The notes: generated by a model from the letters alone, not told the origin. 64,000 bases of DNA from Eledone cirrhosa (GCA_964016885.1 OZ024743.1:117180001-117244000); one strand, 5' to 3'. Positions 42,581 to 59,553 are shown, counted from the first letter of the stretch. Numbers and translations are program-made.

Positions 42581-43464
42581 TTATACGTATATATATATAT
42601 ATATATATATATACGTATAAATATGTAAATAAAAATATGTACATATATAAATAGATATATATAGAGAGAGATACATGATAAATAAAATATATATGTAAAT
42701 ATACATGTATATATATATATATATAAAAACAAACAACGAAACGAAATTAAATTTAAACGAAATTAAATTTTTTAACTTAATTGTTTATATATATATACAT
42801 ATCTATATATATGTGTGTATGTGAGTGTGTATGTGTAAAATATCTATATATATATGTATTTATCCATGTATATATTTATATACATATATATATAAATAAA
42901 TATATATATTTATATATATATATAAAAATATATATATACAAAATATGTATATGTGTGCGTGTGTGTGTGCATGCGTGTGAGTATGTGTGTGTTTCATTCA
43001 AATATTAACTGAAAGTAAATTTTCATTTTCAGCTTAGTTAGTGCCAGATATGAATATTTATATATTATATGCATATATATATATATTTCTCTCTTTCTCT
43101 ATCTCTCTCTCTATATATATATATATACATACCTAATGATGATATTCTGGCACCTCCTTCTTACATAATTCCTATTTTTATTATTACTTATATGTTATAT
43201 ATATATATAATTATATATATATAATTCAAACATGTATATATATATATATATATACATGTTTGAACTAACATTATTTTCATTGAATTATTGATGCGGCAAT
43301 ATTATTTTAATTACTTGACATATGCAAGAACTATTCTAATAGATTATAATAATCAATCTTATAAGGTGACTTGTCGATATCATAAACAATTATCTTCTAG
43401 TCGATGCATATATGGTAACATTTCGTGTGTTTAAGATGCATATAGGAAATGACTACCGCCGATG

Positions 43465-43514
<50 letters not shown>

Positions 43515-43521
43515 CGTATGA

Positions 43522-43570
<49 letters not shown>

Positions 43571-43577
43571 CGTATGA

Positions 43578-43647
<70 letters not shown>

Positions 43648-44053
43648 ATTTCTAATGAATGAAACAGTTCTAGTCCTGTAGAATCGCATCTATATTAAAA
43701 CTGTTATACTCTGCTATGTATTGAGTACCATACTTACTGTGGTTACCTCCGATTCAACCCGGAATAACGTATATATATATATATATATATGTAGATATAT
43801 AGATATGTGTGTGTTTATGTAAATATATACATGTGCGTGTGTATATGTATGCATAAAACCGTATATAACCTAATATACACGCGCTCTCACAAGTATACCT
43901 TCACACAAATGCACAGACACAATTATATATGTACACACATATATATATATATTGGTATATATATATATATATATATATATACATAATATATATATGTATA
44001 TATATATATATAATATATATATGTATATATAAATATACTTATATATATATATA

Positions 44054-44111
<58 letters not shown>

Positions 44112-44230
44112 TATATATATGTATATATATATAAATAATATATATATGTATACATAAATATACTTATATATATATATATATATATATACTTATATATATA
44201 TATATATATAATATAATATAATATAATATA

Positions 44231-44294
<64 letters not shown>

Positions 44295-44331
44295 GCCCTC
44301 TCTGGATTTTAGTCTTCAATTTTATTATTAT

Positions 44332-44399
<68 letters not shown>

Positions 44400-44420
44400 C
44401 ATATATATATATATATATAT

Positions 44421-44724
44421 GACGCAGGTTACTTGCGTCTACATTCGGTATGCCGAATGAGGATTCGATGCTCTTGGGGAGTAGATTATCAGTAGTATTA
44501 ATATATAAGGGAACAAAGAATCACTGTTGCATCATATACATATTACATATTACCTGTAGACGCGAGGCTACATGTTAAAACATATATTAGGTGTTAACGA
44601 TTCCAGAGACAGGGTCGATCATTTAATATATCGTTCCTCGATCACGGTAACAGTGGAAGATATGTATTATGTAATGAAATATGTATATGATGCAAATCTG
44701 ATTCTTTGTTCCCTTATATATTAA

Positions 44725-44730
<6 letters not shown>
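44421..44730. repeat. TA-flanked element with inverted arms 44493-44553/44671-44729
   Basis: TAGTATTAATATATAAGGGAACAAAGAATCA...TGATTCTTTGTTCCCTTATATATTAATACTA. Confidence 0.85.
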
Positions 44731-44760
<30 letters not shown>

Positions 44761-44791
44761 AGTGTAATTTACTACACAAAACGAAGGTTAT

Positions 44792-45005
44792 AGAGAAAAT
44801 TGAGGTTGGTAATGGCACATGGAATATATAAGAGACAGAATACTTTTTTGTGAAAAAACATATAATTTGATAAGGTAAGGAAATAACAAAGGTTATAAAA
44901 ATACCCTTTATTATTTCCTTACCTTATAAAATTATATGTTTTTTCACAAAAAAGTATTCTGTCTCTTATATATTCCATGTGCCATTACCAACCTCAATTT
45001 TCTCT
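44792..45005. repeat. Foldback (about 95-bp arms)
   Basis: 44792-44886 reverse-complementary to 44911-45005. Confidence 0.95.
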
Positions 45006-45055
45006 CTCTATATATATATATAGATATATATACATACATATATATCTATATATAT

Positions 45056-45283
45056 AACGAAGGAATTGTTATAAGCAACCAGATGGACCATAACGCACAA
45101 GAGTACTCAATACTTAGGGTAGTGGAGTGGGTAATATGAAAAAGCATGACCCCGACGGCAGAGCTCAAGCCGTTTCGACGGCTATTTCTTGACTAAATTA
45201 GAATTTTTAGCTTAGTAAAGATTCTAATTTAGTCCAGAAATAGCCGCCGAAACGGCTTCAGCTCTGCCGTCGGGGTCATACTT

Positions 45284-45289
<6 letters not shown>
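45056..45289. mobile_element. Family B element with long foldback
   Basis: core, then arms 45136-45204/45221-45289. Confidence 0.9.
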
Positions 45290-45342
<53 letters not shown>

Positions 45343-45346
<4 letters not shown>

Positions 45347-45595
45347 GAGGTTATATTTTTGCAGAGGTTATATTTAATTTGTTGGGTTCAACAACCTTAA
45401 AAATTGTATAACTGATATAAAGCACTCAACATTATTATGGAGTAAACATTCAATATATTAATAAATGGAAACTATATTTATAAAACCATAATTATTTTAT
45501 TTTATATATTTCAAGGGCAACCAAGGCAAATTATGGTGCGCTTTCATCAGATAAAATACAAATTTGTTTTCTAAATAAATAAATATTGACATACA
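45343..45595 (-). mobile_element. Family W hammerhead element
   Basis: hammerhead 45493-45558 on the minus strand: tattttat-CTGATGA-aagcgcacc...ccctt-GAAA. Confidence 0.85.
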
Positions 45596-45628
45596 CATAT
45601 ATATATATAAATGTATATATATATGTGC

Positions 45629-45661
<33 letters not shown>

Positions 45662-45774
45662 CATACACACACACACACACACACGCACACATACACATAC
45701 ACACACACACACACTCACACACAGACACACAACAATAAATAATTATATATACATATATGTAGATATATGTATAT

Positions 45775-45963
45775 AATTGTTTCTACTTTAGGCACAAGGC
45801 CAGCAAATTACTCAGTGCATTACTGGTACTTTATTTTATCGACCCCGTTAGGATGAAAGGCAAAGTCAACCTCGGTGGGATTTGAACTCAGATCGTAAAG
45901 GGACGTAACTATGCTGGAAAGCATGGCGTCCGACCCTCTACCGATACTCCCAATCCACCGCCC
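45775..45963 (-). mobile_element. SINE full length
   Basis: family consensus; flanking GATATATGTATATAAT. Confidence 0.9.
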
Positions 45964-46094
45964 TTGGATATATGTATATAATGATATTTTCATATAACTA
46001 TATATGTATACATAGGCACACATAAATATAGATATATGAATAGATACTTTGTTGTGACAGAAAGCACATATATATATTTATATAGATTTATAAA

Positions 46095-46125
<31 letters not shown>

Positions 46126-46181
46126 GAATAGATACTTTGATGTGTCAGAAAGCACATATATATATTTATATAGATTTATAA

Positions 46182-46372
<191 letters not shown>

Positions 46373-46374
46373 TT

Positions 46375-46412
<38 letters not shown>

Positions 46413-46413
46413 C

Positions 46414-46542
<129 letters not shown>

Positions 46543-46979
46543 GTATGTCGAACTAGACAAACTGAGTTTGTGATAGTATATTTTAATTTCCCACTCGATG
46601 AATTTACGGGACGTTCACGTCCGAAGCGTCAGTTCGGGACCATGAGCTAGTGTAGACAATTCATACATACGAATACATGTGTATCTGACCAGAAGTTGCA
46701 CACGACATTTATAAATACACACAGACACATACACATCTGGCCCTCACTCTCATACACACATTTATGTTTATATATGTGTATATTAGTGTTGAGCGCGCGT
46801 GTGTCAGTGTCAGTGGTAGTCTTCATTGTTTGTTTATGTCTGTTATGTGGCTATTTATAAAATAATTACCACACTTGAAGTTACATGGACTAAGGTCAAT
46901 ATGCGCTAATACATCCGTTAAAGCCGTATCCCAGCACAGCTCCAGTCTAATGAATGTTACCAGTAAAGAACCGAAAATA

Positions 46980-47664
<685 letters not shown>

Positions 47665-47808
47665 TGCGTGGATGTGTGTGAATATTCATCCGACAAATGG
47701 GAGTTCTTAAACTTCAATCAGTCCAGTAATAAAAAGGCGTTTGTTTATGTGATTCCAAATATATTTACACACATACTCACACAAACACACATACACACAC
47801 ACACACAC

Positions 47809-47851
<43 letters not shown>

Positions 47852-47857
47852 CATACT

Positions 47858-47945
<88 letters not shown>

Positions 47946-48489
47946 TATATATATATACACACACAGGGAGAGTGAGAGTGCGTCGTCGATTTCTTAATTT
48001 TCATGACTCGCACACTACAAAATCTCAATTTCAGATAGAGTATAATGATTAGCTAAGAGTGGTATCCAATTTTACATTCTCTGTGATATAACATAGTCAT
48101 TCTACATGCTACATTTAGCAGCCAAATCTCATTCATAAGAAACAGGGAATTAAATATTACAATCATAGATAAACCTAAAAGTCTTGATCGACAGGTTTGA
48201 AATAGTTATGATTATACCTCCATGCGGACTAAAAGCAACAAAAACAGCAACAAGTGTTAAATGAACCCGTTGCATTTATAAATGCCCCCCTGTATGTCTG
48301 GCAAGCTGACAATTCCTCTAGTCAACTCTCTCACTTAAGTACGCATTATAATCATAACTTGCTTGCCAATAGCACCAGCTACATCAAAATAATGCCGTGC
48401 CACTAAACATTAGAAGAATTTACAGTAAACAAATAGCTAAATGGAGGTTTTCTGAAATATGAGCAGGGTACCTAATATATATATATATA

Positions 48490-48569
<80 letters not shown>

Positions 48570-48629
48570 CTTCCGGATATATTTATATAAGTAAAACACA
48601 CACAGGCACACACATAAACATATATATAT

Positions 48630-48688
<59 letters not shown>

Positions 48689-48697
48689 TACATACAT

Positions 48698-48772
<75 letters not shown>

Positions 48773-48954
48773 TATATATATATATGTGTATAATATATAT
48801 TTATACTAAATAATATTCCGTTCGTTACACACACTCAACCGCAAGCATACTCACACTTAGAAGCACAGACATACATATATATAAATCTATATATACATAC
48901 ACATGTATATATGTACACACACTCAGGCACACACACATACACACACACACACAC

Positions 48955-48990
<36 letters not shown>

Positions 48991-49193
48991 CTAATGATAG
49001 AAGGTGGAAAAAACACGAACACACTCACAAATACATATATATATGAAGCAAAGTCAAGACATTCTGAATCCGCGAAATTTACATCCATAAATACAAACAA
49101 CATGCGTACACATACCATGCTATAGTCTATCATATACATATATATATATGATTGTCTATTGTGTTTTGTGGGTTTGTGTGAATGTATGTATAA

Positions 49194-49240
<47 letters not shown>

Positions 49241-49255
49241 TCTTGAATCTAAGGA

Positions 49256-49311
<56 letters not shown>

Positions 49312-49360
49312 GTATATATATATATGTGTATATATATGTATATATATATATATATATATA

Positions 49361-49398
<38 letters not shown>

Positions 49399-49403
49399 TA
49401 TAC

Positions 49404-49460
<57 letters not shown>

Positions 49461-49486
49461 TATACATATATATACATATATATATA

Positions 49487-49526
<40 letters not shown>

Positions 49527-50068
49527 TTAGATTCAAGATTAATCGAAAAACAACAGTAAAGAAACAAATTCAATCTAAACAATTATACAATTATATACAC
49601 AATGATTTAACTTACAAATACTCTAAAAGGCTAACCTGTAAATTGTTTTGTTTTTGAGGCAAAAAATCTTGCATTTTAATCCGTTCATTCTACTAGTTAA
49701 AACACATTCGTCCTATGATATATGAAATGATCTAGAGGGAGTAGAAAGCGGGAAACTATTATTGTTATTGTCATTATTATTATTTCCCTTACAAGATCTG
49801 TATATATGTAGACATATTTTCTTAAGAATTCTTGAGTGAAATGTTTCCCATGTCTCACTCCCATAATCTTGATAATGGTAATAATAACCATGAGCATTAT
49901 TATTATTAATATCATTAATTGAAATAAAAGGAAACGGCCAGACATACAATATTACTTCACAGCCTTTCTATGTCTTCGACCTCAATAGTTTACTAACCTA
50001 TCTCTCCTTCTCATACTCTTAGTCATCGTTCAACCGACTCTTGGTATTCTTTCTCACAGACCTATACG

Positions 50069-50143
<75 letters not shown>

Positions 50144-50162
50144 ATGTGTATATATATATATG

Positions 50163-50275
<113 letters not shown>

Positions 50276-50469
50276 GAAACATGCGTACATAAATAGTTTA
50301 TACACTAAAAGTGTATATTTTAAGAAGAAAGCGTAAAAAAAAACAAGAAAAATGTTCAAGTATATAACATAGTATTAAGCACAATTACAGAAATCAAAAA
50401 GATACGCCATTACTACTACTACTACTATGATTACTACTACTACTGCTTCTACTACTACTACTACTACTT

Positions 50470-50505
<36 letters not shown>

Positions 50506-50866
50506 ATGCAGAAATGGAATCCATTTGCACCGATTTAATAACGTTCCCCAATTGGTACTTGTTCATATTGTTATTATTGTGGTTGTAGCTGTTGTCGTTG
50601 TTTTGTTTTCCAACAGGGTGTAACAGAACTTTCAAGTGGAAGCCGTATGACCGTGCTTGGCATTTGTTGAAGCGTAGTGGAAAACTGCTCACTTGAGACT
50701 AGTTAAGAAACTCTCAATCTATCTAGCAAATGTCATTGGACTGTTAGCTTTGCTATGATGGAAATAGCGTACCAGTGAAGAGACAGGAACCTCACCATGT
50801 CGTCAGCGATTTCCACTAAATATCATCAATGAACACGAAATGAAATATTTTATATATATATGTATA

Positions 50867-50936
<70 letters not shown>

Positions 50937-51229
50937 CATATACATACATATATATATGTATATATATATATACATACATATATATATATATATGGGTGGG
51001 AGGAGGGGGTATGTTTGTGCATGTTCTTGTGAGGAGTGTATGTGTGTCTGTGTGGGATTGTCTGTTCATAGTAGTTGCATACACAAACATACAATGTGTG
51101 AGTATATATATATATATGCATGCATGTACATACGTACATACATACGCACTCATACATACACACACTCCAACACACACACAGGCATGATACGTAATATGTT
51201 TGCGTGTACATTTATTACGAAATTCAACT

Positions 51230-51343
<114 letters not shown>

Positions 51344-51572
51344 ATATATATATGCAAGTGGTAACACAACAGTTTGTTCACCATACCGAGAACAATTATT
51401 TCACACACACACATATATATGTGTGTGCGTGCGCGCGTGTTTGTAGTCTATTGATTGTGGTTTCGTATTACGCGCAATTTAGCCCTCAATCATTAACAAA
51501 AATGTTATGAATTTTACTACACGGTATTATCTACTTTCACAGTTTCATGAATGTTCGTCTTATAACGTGTAT

Positions 51573-51634
<62 letters not shown>

Positions 51635-52229
51635 CTAGGGTCTTTCATATTTATAGGGAACAATTTTTCGTAGTTGAAATCACCACATGTTGATTGCGCC
51701 CGGAGTCCATTTAAAATAAAAGCTGGCCATACGAAAATACGAGGATATACGGATATACTAAGTGGTTGCACAGTTAGGTACTTTTTAAATCCTATGCAAA
51801 AAAAAAAAAAAAAATGTTACTCACTTCTTGTTGCTTCTAGCCAGGTTGCATATTTTATCCGTTTCTGTTTGTTTACGTGCAGGGGAAGTTTCTATAGTTT
51901 ATAGAATCCTGAATGAAAAACAAATGAACCATAAAATATATATGTTGAAATAATATTACATTGGTGATATGGTATCACGTTGATGAGCTGAGCTTTTCTA
52001 TATTAGCTTTGATAAGTCAAAAAGATAATGAGTTAAAAATAAGCTTTTAAACAAGGTTCATTGTACTGTTAGTTCAGTGCTGTTTCTGATAACATGTAGT
52101 AAACCTACTGGTTTTCGTCAAGATTCGTCTGTTGTAAGACATGAAATAATTTTTTGCTGTTGCTTTTCATAGCTTCCGCCAGTTCCAGAAGTGTAAGAAC
52201 CCAAACGCTCGTTGAAATAAAACTGATTG

Positions 52230-54830
52230 ATTGATTTTGCTTTCAGGATGAATAAGAAAATGAAAACCAGAATGGCTATTTGGCTGTTGAGAAAAGGCCC
52301 GAGGAGACGTTACCTCAGATGCGACTCCCTTCCACAAAACAAGTGGTCTTACGTTTTCTCTGCCATCACGTCGAATTCTGGGAGACAATTTCATTTGCAT
52401 TAAAAAACACTATCCAGAAGATAAAGCACACAAAACAAACATCCTAACAAAACGAAAAAGACACCGGCACTATAATCAATAAATAGTATATGGTGTTTTA
52501 AGGACTAAAAACAGAAAAGTCAAAGATGACTTTTCTGGAAATATTTGACATTGCAAGTTAAAACTTTAAGGAATGAAAGGATGTCTCATCTGAAGACAAA
52601 GCAAGTAAAACGGATGTCTTCATTCATAGCTAAGGTTGATGCAGAATGTGTGAGAGCCAATCAGAAGAAAGAAAAGAAGATTCATGATATGAAAGTACGA
52701 AATAATCACAATGAAGAAGTCATAAATATATCCAAGAAAATAGCTCTTGAATGTCGGAATAGAGCTCAGCTAATATTGTTGATAATTATGAAATTGTCAA
52801 ATCAACCCCACCCAGAAAATCATTGTTAATACAACCGACTGTCAACACCACTATCGTTGCCACATGGAAATGGGAGAAACTATCGGTACGACATGGAGTA
52901 CGTTATCCAGAAAGGATAAATATTTTTGATTATAATAAATTTTGTTATGATTATAATAATTCTTGATTATTGTAACTTTTATTTGATAGATTTTTATTAT
53001 AAAAAAATGTTATTTTTATCCTATTTTTATTTGTTAATATCATGCTAATTCTCACGAGTTGTATAATTAGCTATTTTTACTTTTTGTTATTAGCATGAGG
53101 TAACACTTTAGGTGCATAGCATATAGTCTATATTTCACGACGGCTGCTCTCGCTAGCTCTTGGTATCTGGACGCGATCAATCATAAATCGATTGGATGGC
53201 TGTTTTCTTAGTAGCCAACTTGTACGCCGGGAGATTTTTCCTAAATTCTTTGACTGCTTGGAAATCACCGAACAGAGTGTACTTTTCCCTGAATTTTGTA
53301 TTATAATGAATCTACTCGGATGTATGGAATCCTTTCGCAGATCCTGGGTATTTGTAAGCCCTGGGTTGATCCAGCTTCTAATATAGCCGTGCGATTGAGA
53401 TTTTTCACCATCAACTTAATATACACCCATACATTCTCTCTCGAATAGTGTTTAATCAATTACTACATTTTAATCTATTGCTTTTTAATTAATTACTTTC
53501 ATTTATAATTATAATTATTCACTTTTTGTAACTATTTACTTGTTTTAATTTATTTACTTTTCATTATATATTTACTTTTTATAAGTATTTACTATTGTGA
53601 TTATCCATTATTTCTTATAATATCTATGATCTTTTAATCTTTATAATCTTAATAATTATTTTTCCATAATTTATATAATTATTTACGGTTATCATTAATT
53701 TATGGTTATTACAATTAGCGACGTTACTGATAATGCTATTGTCTGAGACTTCCTTGCCAGCATATATTCTAACATGCACCTGTACCTCGAAAATCCCCGT
53801 CTGTGAGCAACATAAACTAACGGATGAAGTATATGTAATGTTTGTCTTGCGACGGTTACTCTCACAAACTCTGGGTATCCGGGTTGTGACCATAGTACAC
53901 TGACCTAACGGCACAGGTATTTCCCACTATTTTTATATCATAATGATTCTACTCAGATGCATGAAGTCATCCTAGGGTCTCAAAAACCCAGAGTCGATTC
54001 AGCTTGGGATAAGGCTGCAATCCCATATATGTGTAAATACAAATGATTTTTTAAAATTAATTACTTATGTTTGTAACTAATTAGCTTTATATATTACTTA
54101 TATATTTCATTAATATATTATTTTTTATTCATTTTCTATTTCTTCTATTTAAAAAAAATGTTACATTTAAAAATTAATTACTTACATTTTATAATTATAT
54201 TTATTCACTTTCCCTAACTCTTCATATTTTACAATTATTCACTCGTATAATTTATTACTGTTGCGATTATTCTACATTTTTATCATTTTAAAATTTATAA
54301 TTCTTCTAGAATTTTTCTTCTATGTTTATACTTTTCTGCCATAGTGTTCACTGGTATTTCTGTTACACTACAAATATCTATACCCTTTAAGAGATTCACT
54401 GTCAGGCAACACTGGTTTTCCGCCAAACAACAGCGGTGCCTTCACAGCCCAAATGGCAACTGCCGGCCTTGATTGAAGCCATTAAACCAATAGTTTAGGG
54501 TTTGTGCGTGACAAGCGGTTCTTGATAGCACCAAATATCAACTCTTGGCAGGAATGTGTCGCTGTCAAACCAACATACAACTACAATGGTCGCGCCAGCT
54601 AACCCATAATTCATAACATTGTCGACTGTGTGTGCATACGGTGATTGTCCGTGATAGTAATGTCATCGCTAGCTGGCTTCATCCGTATAAATTCTTTGTA
54701 TATATTTTGCTGTAACCCAGTAGTGATTATTATACTAATTTTTTTTATGTTCCCTGCATCCGATGATATCGCCGATGTCCTTTGGCATGGTCTGATGACG
54801 AATGATGACCAGAGAAATACGTATTATGCA
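52230..54830 (+). pseudogene. Possible highly decayed Kolobok-type DNA transposase split by AT-rich intron-like blocks
   Basis: ordered weak motifs ATWKWEKLSVRHGV, PGDFS, TEC..STRMYGIL, HKLTDEV, HWYFCY, LPALIEAIKPIV, QWSR resemble Kolobok motif order; many stops. Confidence 0.3.
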
Positions 54831-54884
54831 GTTATGCAAAATTCCAGGTAGATATTAGGATCCGGCCTTTTTATAGGTTCATTT

Positions 54885-54961
<77 letters not shown>

Positions 54962-54984
54962 AACTAGCCAACACAAATAACGGT

Positions 54985-57690
54985 AAAGTATATTAAAACA
55001 ATTCCTGAATCTCAAATTAACGCTAAACCTAGTGCAAACTTTAACCGTACTCCTCACCCAAGCTGTAACATTTATTGTAACACTAACACTAAACCTAATT
55101 CTAAGCCAAACGTCTGACACCAAAGTCCAAGCATTACAGTAACTATAACGCTAAATCTAAACGTAACCTAAAATCTAATCATAGCCCTAACCATTAAAAC
55201 TCACGCCTATCCTTAAAATATTACCTAAGCATAACACCTACGCTAAAACAAACCCTAACCCTAACACTGCTCTGTCTAATATTAAACCTTACTCCAATAT
55301 TAACATTAAGTCTAACACTAATGCGAACATTAACGTTTACCCGCAAATTAACATTAAACATTAAGCAACCAAGATCTTACTAATAATCTTAATCCTAACC
55401 CTTAACTCAAAGTCTAAACCTTTACCTATGTATAATAATATCTTTAGCCATGAATAATAACCTCTAGGCCAAATCATAACCATAACTCTAGACGCTGAGC
55501 AATAATTTTAAAATCTAACCATTAATAATAAAACAAAGTATACCCCAAACCCTAAGTCTAATTCTAATCTAAACCCTAACTCTAACCATACACGTAAACA
55601 TAACGCTGAACCTAATTCTGAACATAATGCTAGATTTAATGCAAACCCTAACGCTAAGACAGCTTAAACCTAGACCTAACTTTATAATTAATCCTAAATT
55701 TCACCTTAACTCCAACATTTATCCTAACCCTAAACAAACACCTACCACTAACCCTGATGATAACACTAAAGACAAAAGGTTATACTGAACCAACCTCTAA
55801 CGTTAACAATAACAGTAACCTAAATATCACTGTTACCCTGGTGGATTCATACCAATATAAGTAAATAAAACCCTAAAACTAATATTAAGCCTGAACCTAA
55901 CCCTAACGTTAACATATAAGCAAAATCTAGAGCTAGCGCTCACCCTAAATCTCACCCCAATGCTAACCCTAACACTAAACCTACACCTAAAACTAACCGT
56001 ACCTGAAACATGAAATTAATGTTTGAACGTAACATTGCCACTTATTGTAAACGTAAATCTAACCATATACTTAACACTAAACGTAATGTATAACCAAAGT
56101 AACCCTAAAACCGAACGTTAAACCTAGAACTAGACAACTATAAACCAAACATAAACCCTAACACGAACCATAACACCATCTCTAAATCTAATATTAACAC
56201 TATTTCAAAAACTAACCCTAAGCCTAAAACATGCACTAAACATGGCTCTGATGTTATCAATAAACATACTACTAAATCTAACACTACATGTAACTCTATC
56301 ATTAAACCGTAACCTACCACTAATGCTATCCTTACGCCCCAATATCTAACATGACCCAACATTTAACCATAACCCTATACCTAACGGTATCTCTAAGCAC
56401 TAAAACGAACATTAAAGCACTAAGAACTAAAGCGAACACTTGCATTAATCCTTAAATTAATAGTAATTGTTATATTAACCCTAACGATAACCTTAACGAT
56501 AACACTAAAGCGCTAACCTAACACTAACCCTAACAGCAGCAATAACGATCACGCTATCCCTAACAGTAACGCGAAAAGTAAATTTAAACGTAACCTAACC
56601 TTAACCATAAATATCACTCTAACCGTAATTTTAATATTAGACTTAACCCCGATCCTAGCACTAATTCTAACATCAAGACTAAACCTAAACACAACCTTAA
56701 TTCTAATATTAATTTTAACACTAACTCTATCACTAGTACTAAACATAAACCTAACCCTGACTCTAACACTATCCCTAGCCCTGCCCTTGAACCTACACTA
56801 AGAGTAAAGCTAAACATAACAACTATCCTAAACCTAACACAAAACCTAGCCCTGCCACCATAACACTACACCTAGCCCAACCCTAAACATTAAACCTAGA
56901 CCAAACGCCTAAGTTTAACAATAACCACAAAAACCTAATACTACCCCTAATACTAAAGCTAAAGCTAGACATAGGTGTAAGGTCTGAATTTAGATCTTAC
57001 ACCTAACTCTAACCGTAACCCTTACTGTAAGTGTAACCTAAAAACATAACCGTTACACTAAGCCTAAATATAAATCTATCCCTAACGCTAACCAAATATT
57101 ATCCTTAACCGTAAAGCTAACCCGAAATTTGATCCTAACATTACCATAAATAAAAATAATTTTAACATCTGGCGCTAATGATAATTTTAAAACAAACTCA
57201 AACCTTACCACCAAGGTTAACACTACTGCTAAACCTAAATCTGACCCTAAATCTATCCATGATACTATTCACAAGACTAACCGTAAAATTAAGGTTTACA
57301 CTAAACCTAACACATGCCCTAAACATAACCCCCACCCTAAACATAACACGTAAACACAAACACTAAACCATAGCCCCTGAACCTAAGCCAAAATTCCAAA
57401 CCATTATCCCCAACCGACAACTTTAAATTTATCAAACCTACCCCTAATCTTAACCCCTCCATAACAACAACGCTATTCATTATACCAACCCTAACTCTAA
57501 CCATAACTGTAACAGGACACCTAACCGTAACGTTTACGCTAACTCTAGCCATAACCTTAAACATAGCCCCTAACACTGACATCTAAACCCTACCACATGA
57601 CACTAAATCTAACGGCAATTCATTTTCCTCATATTTTCTCTATGTCCATATTCCGTTAAAACTTATTCTAAACCTAACATGTATCCACTA
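54985..57690. repeat. Degenerate telomere-like hexamer array (CCCTAA-like, consensus nnTAAC/A)
   Basis: continuous 6-bp periodicity: cctaac, actaaa, cgtaac, cataac; occasional perfect CCCTAACCCTAA. Confidence 0.85.
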
Positions 57691-57740
57691 ACGATGACGC
57701 TAACTTTGTGAGGACAGATGAGAGTTCAAGTATCATTTGA

Positions 57741-58152
57741 CTCTTCTTCTTCTTCTTCTTCTTCTTCTTCTTCTTCTTCTTCTTCTTCTTCTTCTTCTTC
57801 TTCTTCTTCTTCTTCTTCTTCTTCTTCTTCTTCTTCTTCTTCTTCTTCTTCTTCTGATAGGGTTAGAAGGGCAGACTCCTCGAACACTCCTTCCAGCGGG
57901 TCCTGTCAGATGCAACTATCTCCGACTGATCCGGCTGAGTCCCCAACCGAGACCATCTAAGCTCATGGATGTTATCCACCATCTTGGTCGTGGTCTACCC
58001 CAGGGTTTTCTGTCGGTTTGTTTTGGCCGTAAAATCTGTCCAGCGATTCTTTCCTGAGACATTTTAACCACATACCCATACTATCGGAATTGTGATCTCT
58101 CAATTCGGAGAAGAAGCGATTCTACCTGGAGTGACTCTCTGAATATCCGAGC
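57741..58152 (-). mobile_element. RTE (Expander/Rex3-like) LINE 3' end with long (GAA)n tail
   Basis: minus translation VESLLLRIERSQFR*YGYVVKMSQERIAGQIL...GRPRPRW; (TTC)n at 57741-57855. Confidence 0.85.
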
Positions 58153-58157
58153 TATAA

Positions 58158-58258
58158 AACAAAATACCAGTCACGCACTGGGGTCGATTTAATCAACTTT
58201 CCCCCTCCCACAAAATTGCTGGCCTTGTGCTTATATACGAAACCATTATTATTATTAT

Positions 58259-58260
<2 letters not shown>
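58158..58260 (+). mobile_element. SINE long-variant 3' part
   Basis: TACCAGTCACGCACTGGGGTCGATTTAATCAACTTTCCCCCTCCC...GCTGGCCTTGTGC...(ATT)n. Confidence 0.8.
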
Positions 58261-58289
<29 letters not shown>

Positions 58290-59022
58290 AAGAAGAAGAA
58301 GAAGAAGAGTAGTAGTTAACACCAGACTGTAATAACAGGTGCATGAAACATTTAATATCTTGCTAATCTGACTACTATATGATACCACATGTATTTATGT
58401 ATTGTATGAGTGAGTGTATGTTTGTATGATTATGTGTGCGTGTTTGTGTGAGTTTATCTCTAGATCTGTGTGTGTGTGTATGCACTTTGATGTTCGTGTG
58501 TCGGTGAATATGTCTGCTATACACTCATCTCCCAATGTTTTCTTTAGACAATTCAAGATATAAACATACCCGATAGAAAAGTATCTAATTTATATCATAA
58601 TATTTATTTTACTAATTCTAATGAAATATTATAACCTGTTGAATCACCAATGATATCATATCAAATCACATACACACCTAATAATAATAAATATATATAT
58701 ATGTGTGTATGTGTGAGAGAGAGTGTGTGTGTGTGCGTGAGTGTGCATGCATGGGTGTTTGTGCATGCATACACATATATGTGCATCGTGAAGCTGCATT
58801 AATCCGAAACAGCTGCGTTTGAAATTGCAGCTATATCTGAAATAGTTTGAAGCAGTGAGGGCAATAGTAATTCCACAATATAATGTTTTAATAAGCTGTA
58901 AACGGATAGGAAGTGGTAGTTAGATCAATCCAAGGAAATACTTGTATGTATCCAGGTGAGCATTATTATTACAGTTGTAAAATACACAGTTCATATATAT
59001 ATATATATATACATATATATAC

Positions 59023-59130
<108 letters not shown>

Positions 59131-59131
59131 A

Positions 59132-59200
<69 letters not shown>

Positions 59201-59219
59201 ATATATATATATATATATG

Positions 59220-59287
<68 letters not shown>

Positions 59288-59350
59288 TATAAATATATAA
59301 ATATATATATATATAAATATATATATATAAATATATATATACATAGTCCA

Positions 59351-59495
59351 GAATCTATATTATATATTATCTGATGAAAGCGCACCATAATTTGCTTTGG
59401 TGTCCTTGAAATATGTATAATGAAATAAATATGGTTTTATAAATATAGTTTCCATTTGTTAATATATCGTATATGTATATATATATATGTATGCA

Positions 59496-59553
<58 letters not shown>

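Noticed and set aside
54400-54700. MULE transposase on the minus strand (RTN.., PLVYV)
   Set aside because: Motif order is inconsistent with MULE proteins; the plus-strand Kolobok reading fits better.
56138-57582. Hydrophobic V/L/G/R-rich ORFs
   Set aside because: Products of the hexamer telomere-like array.
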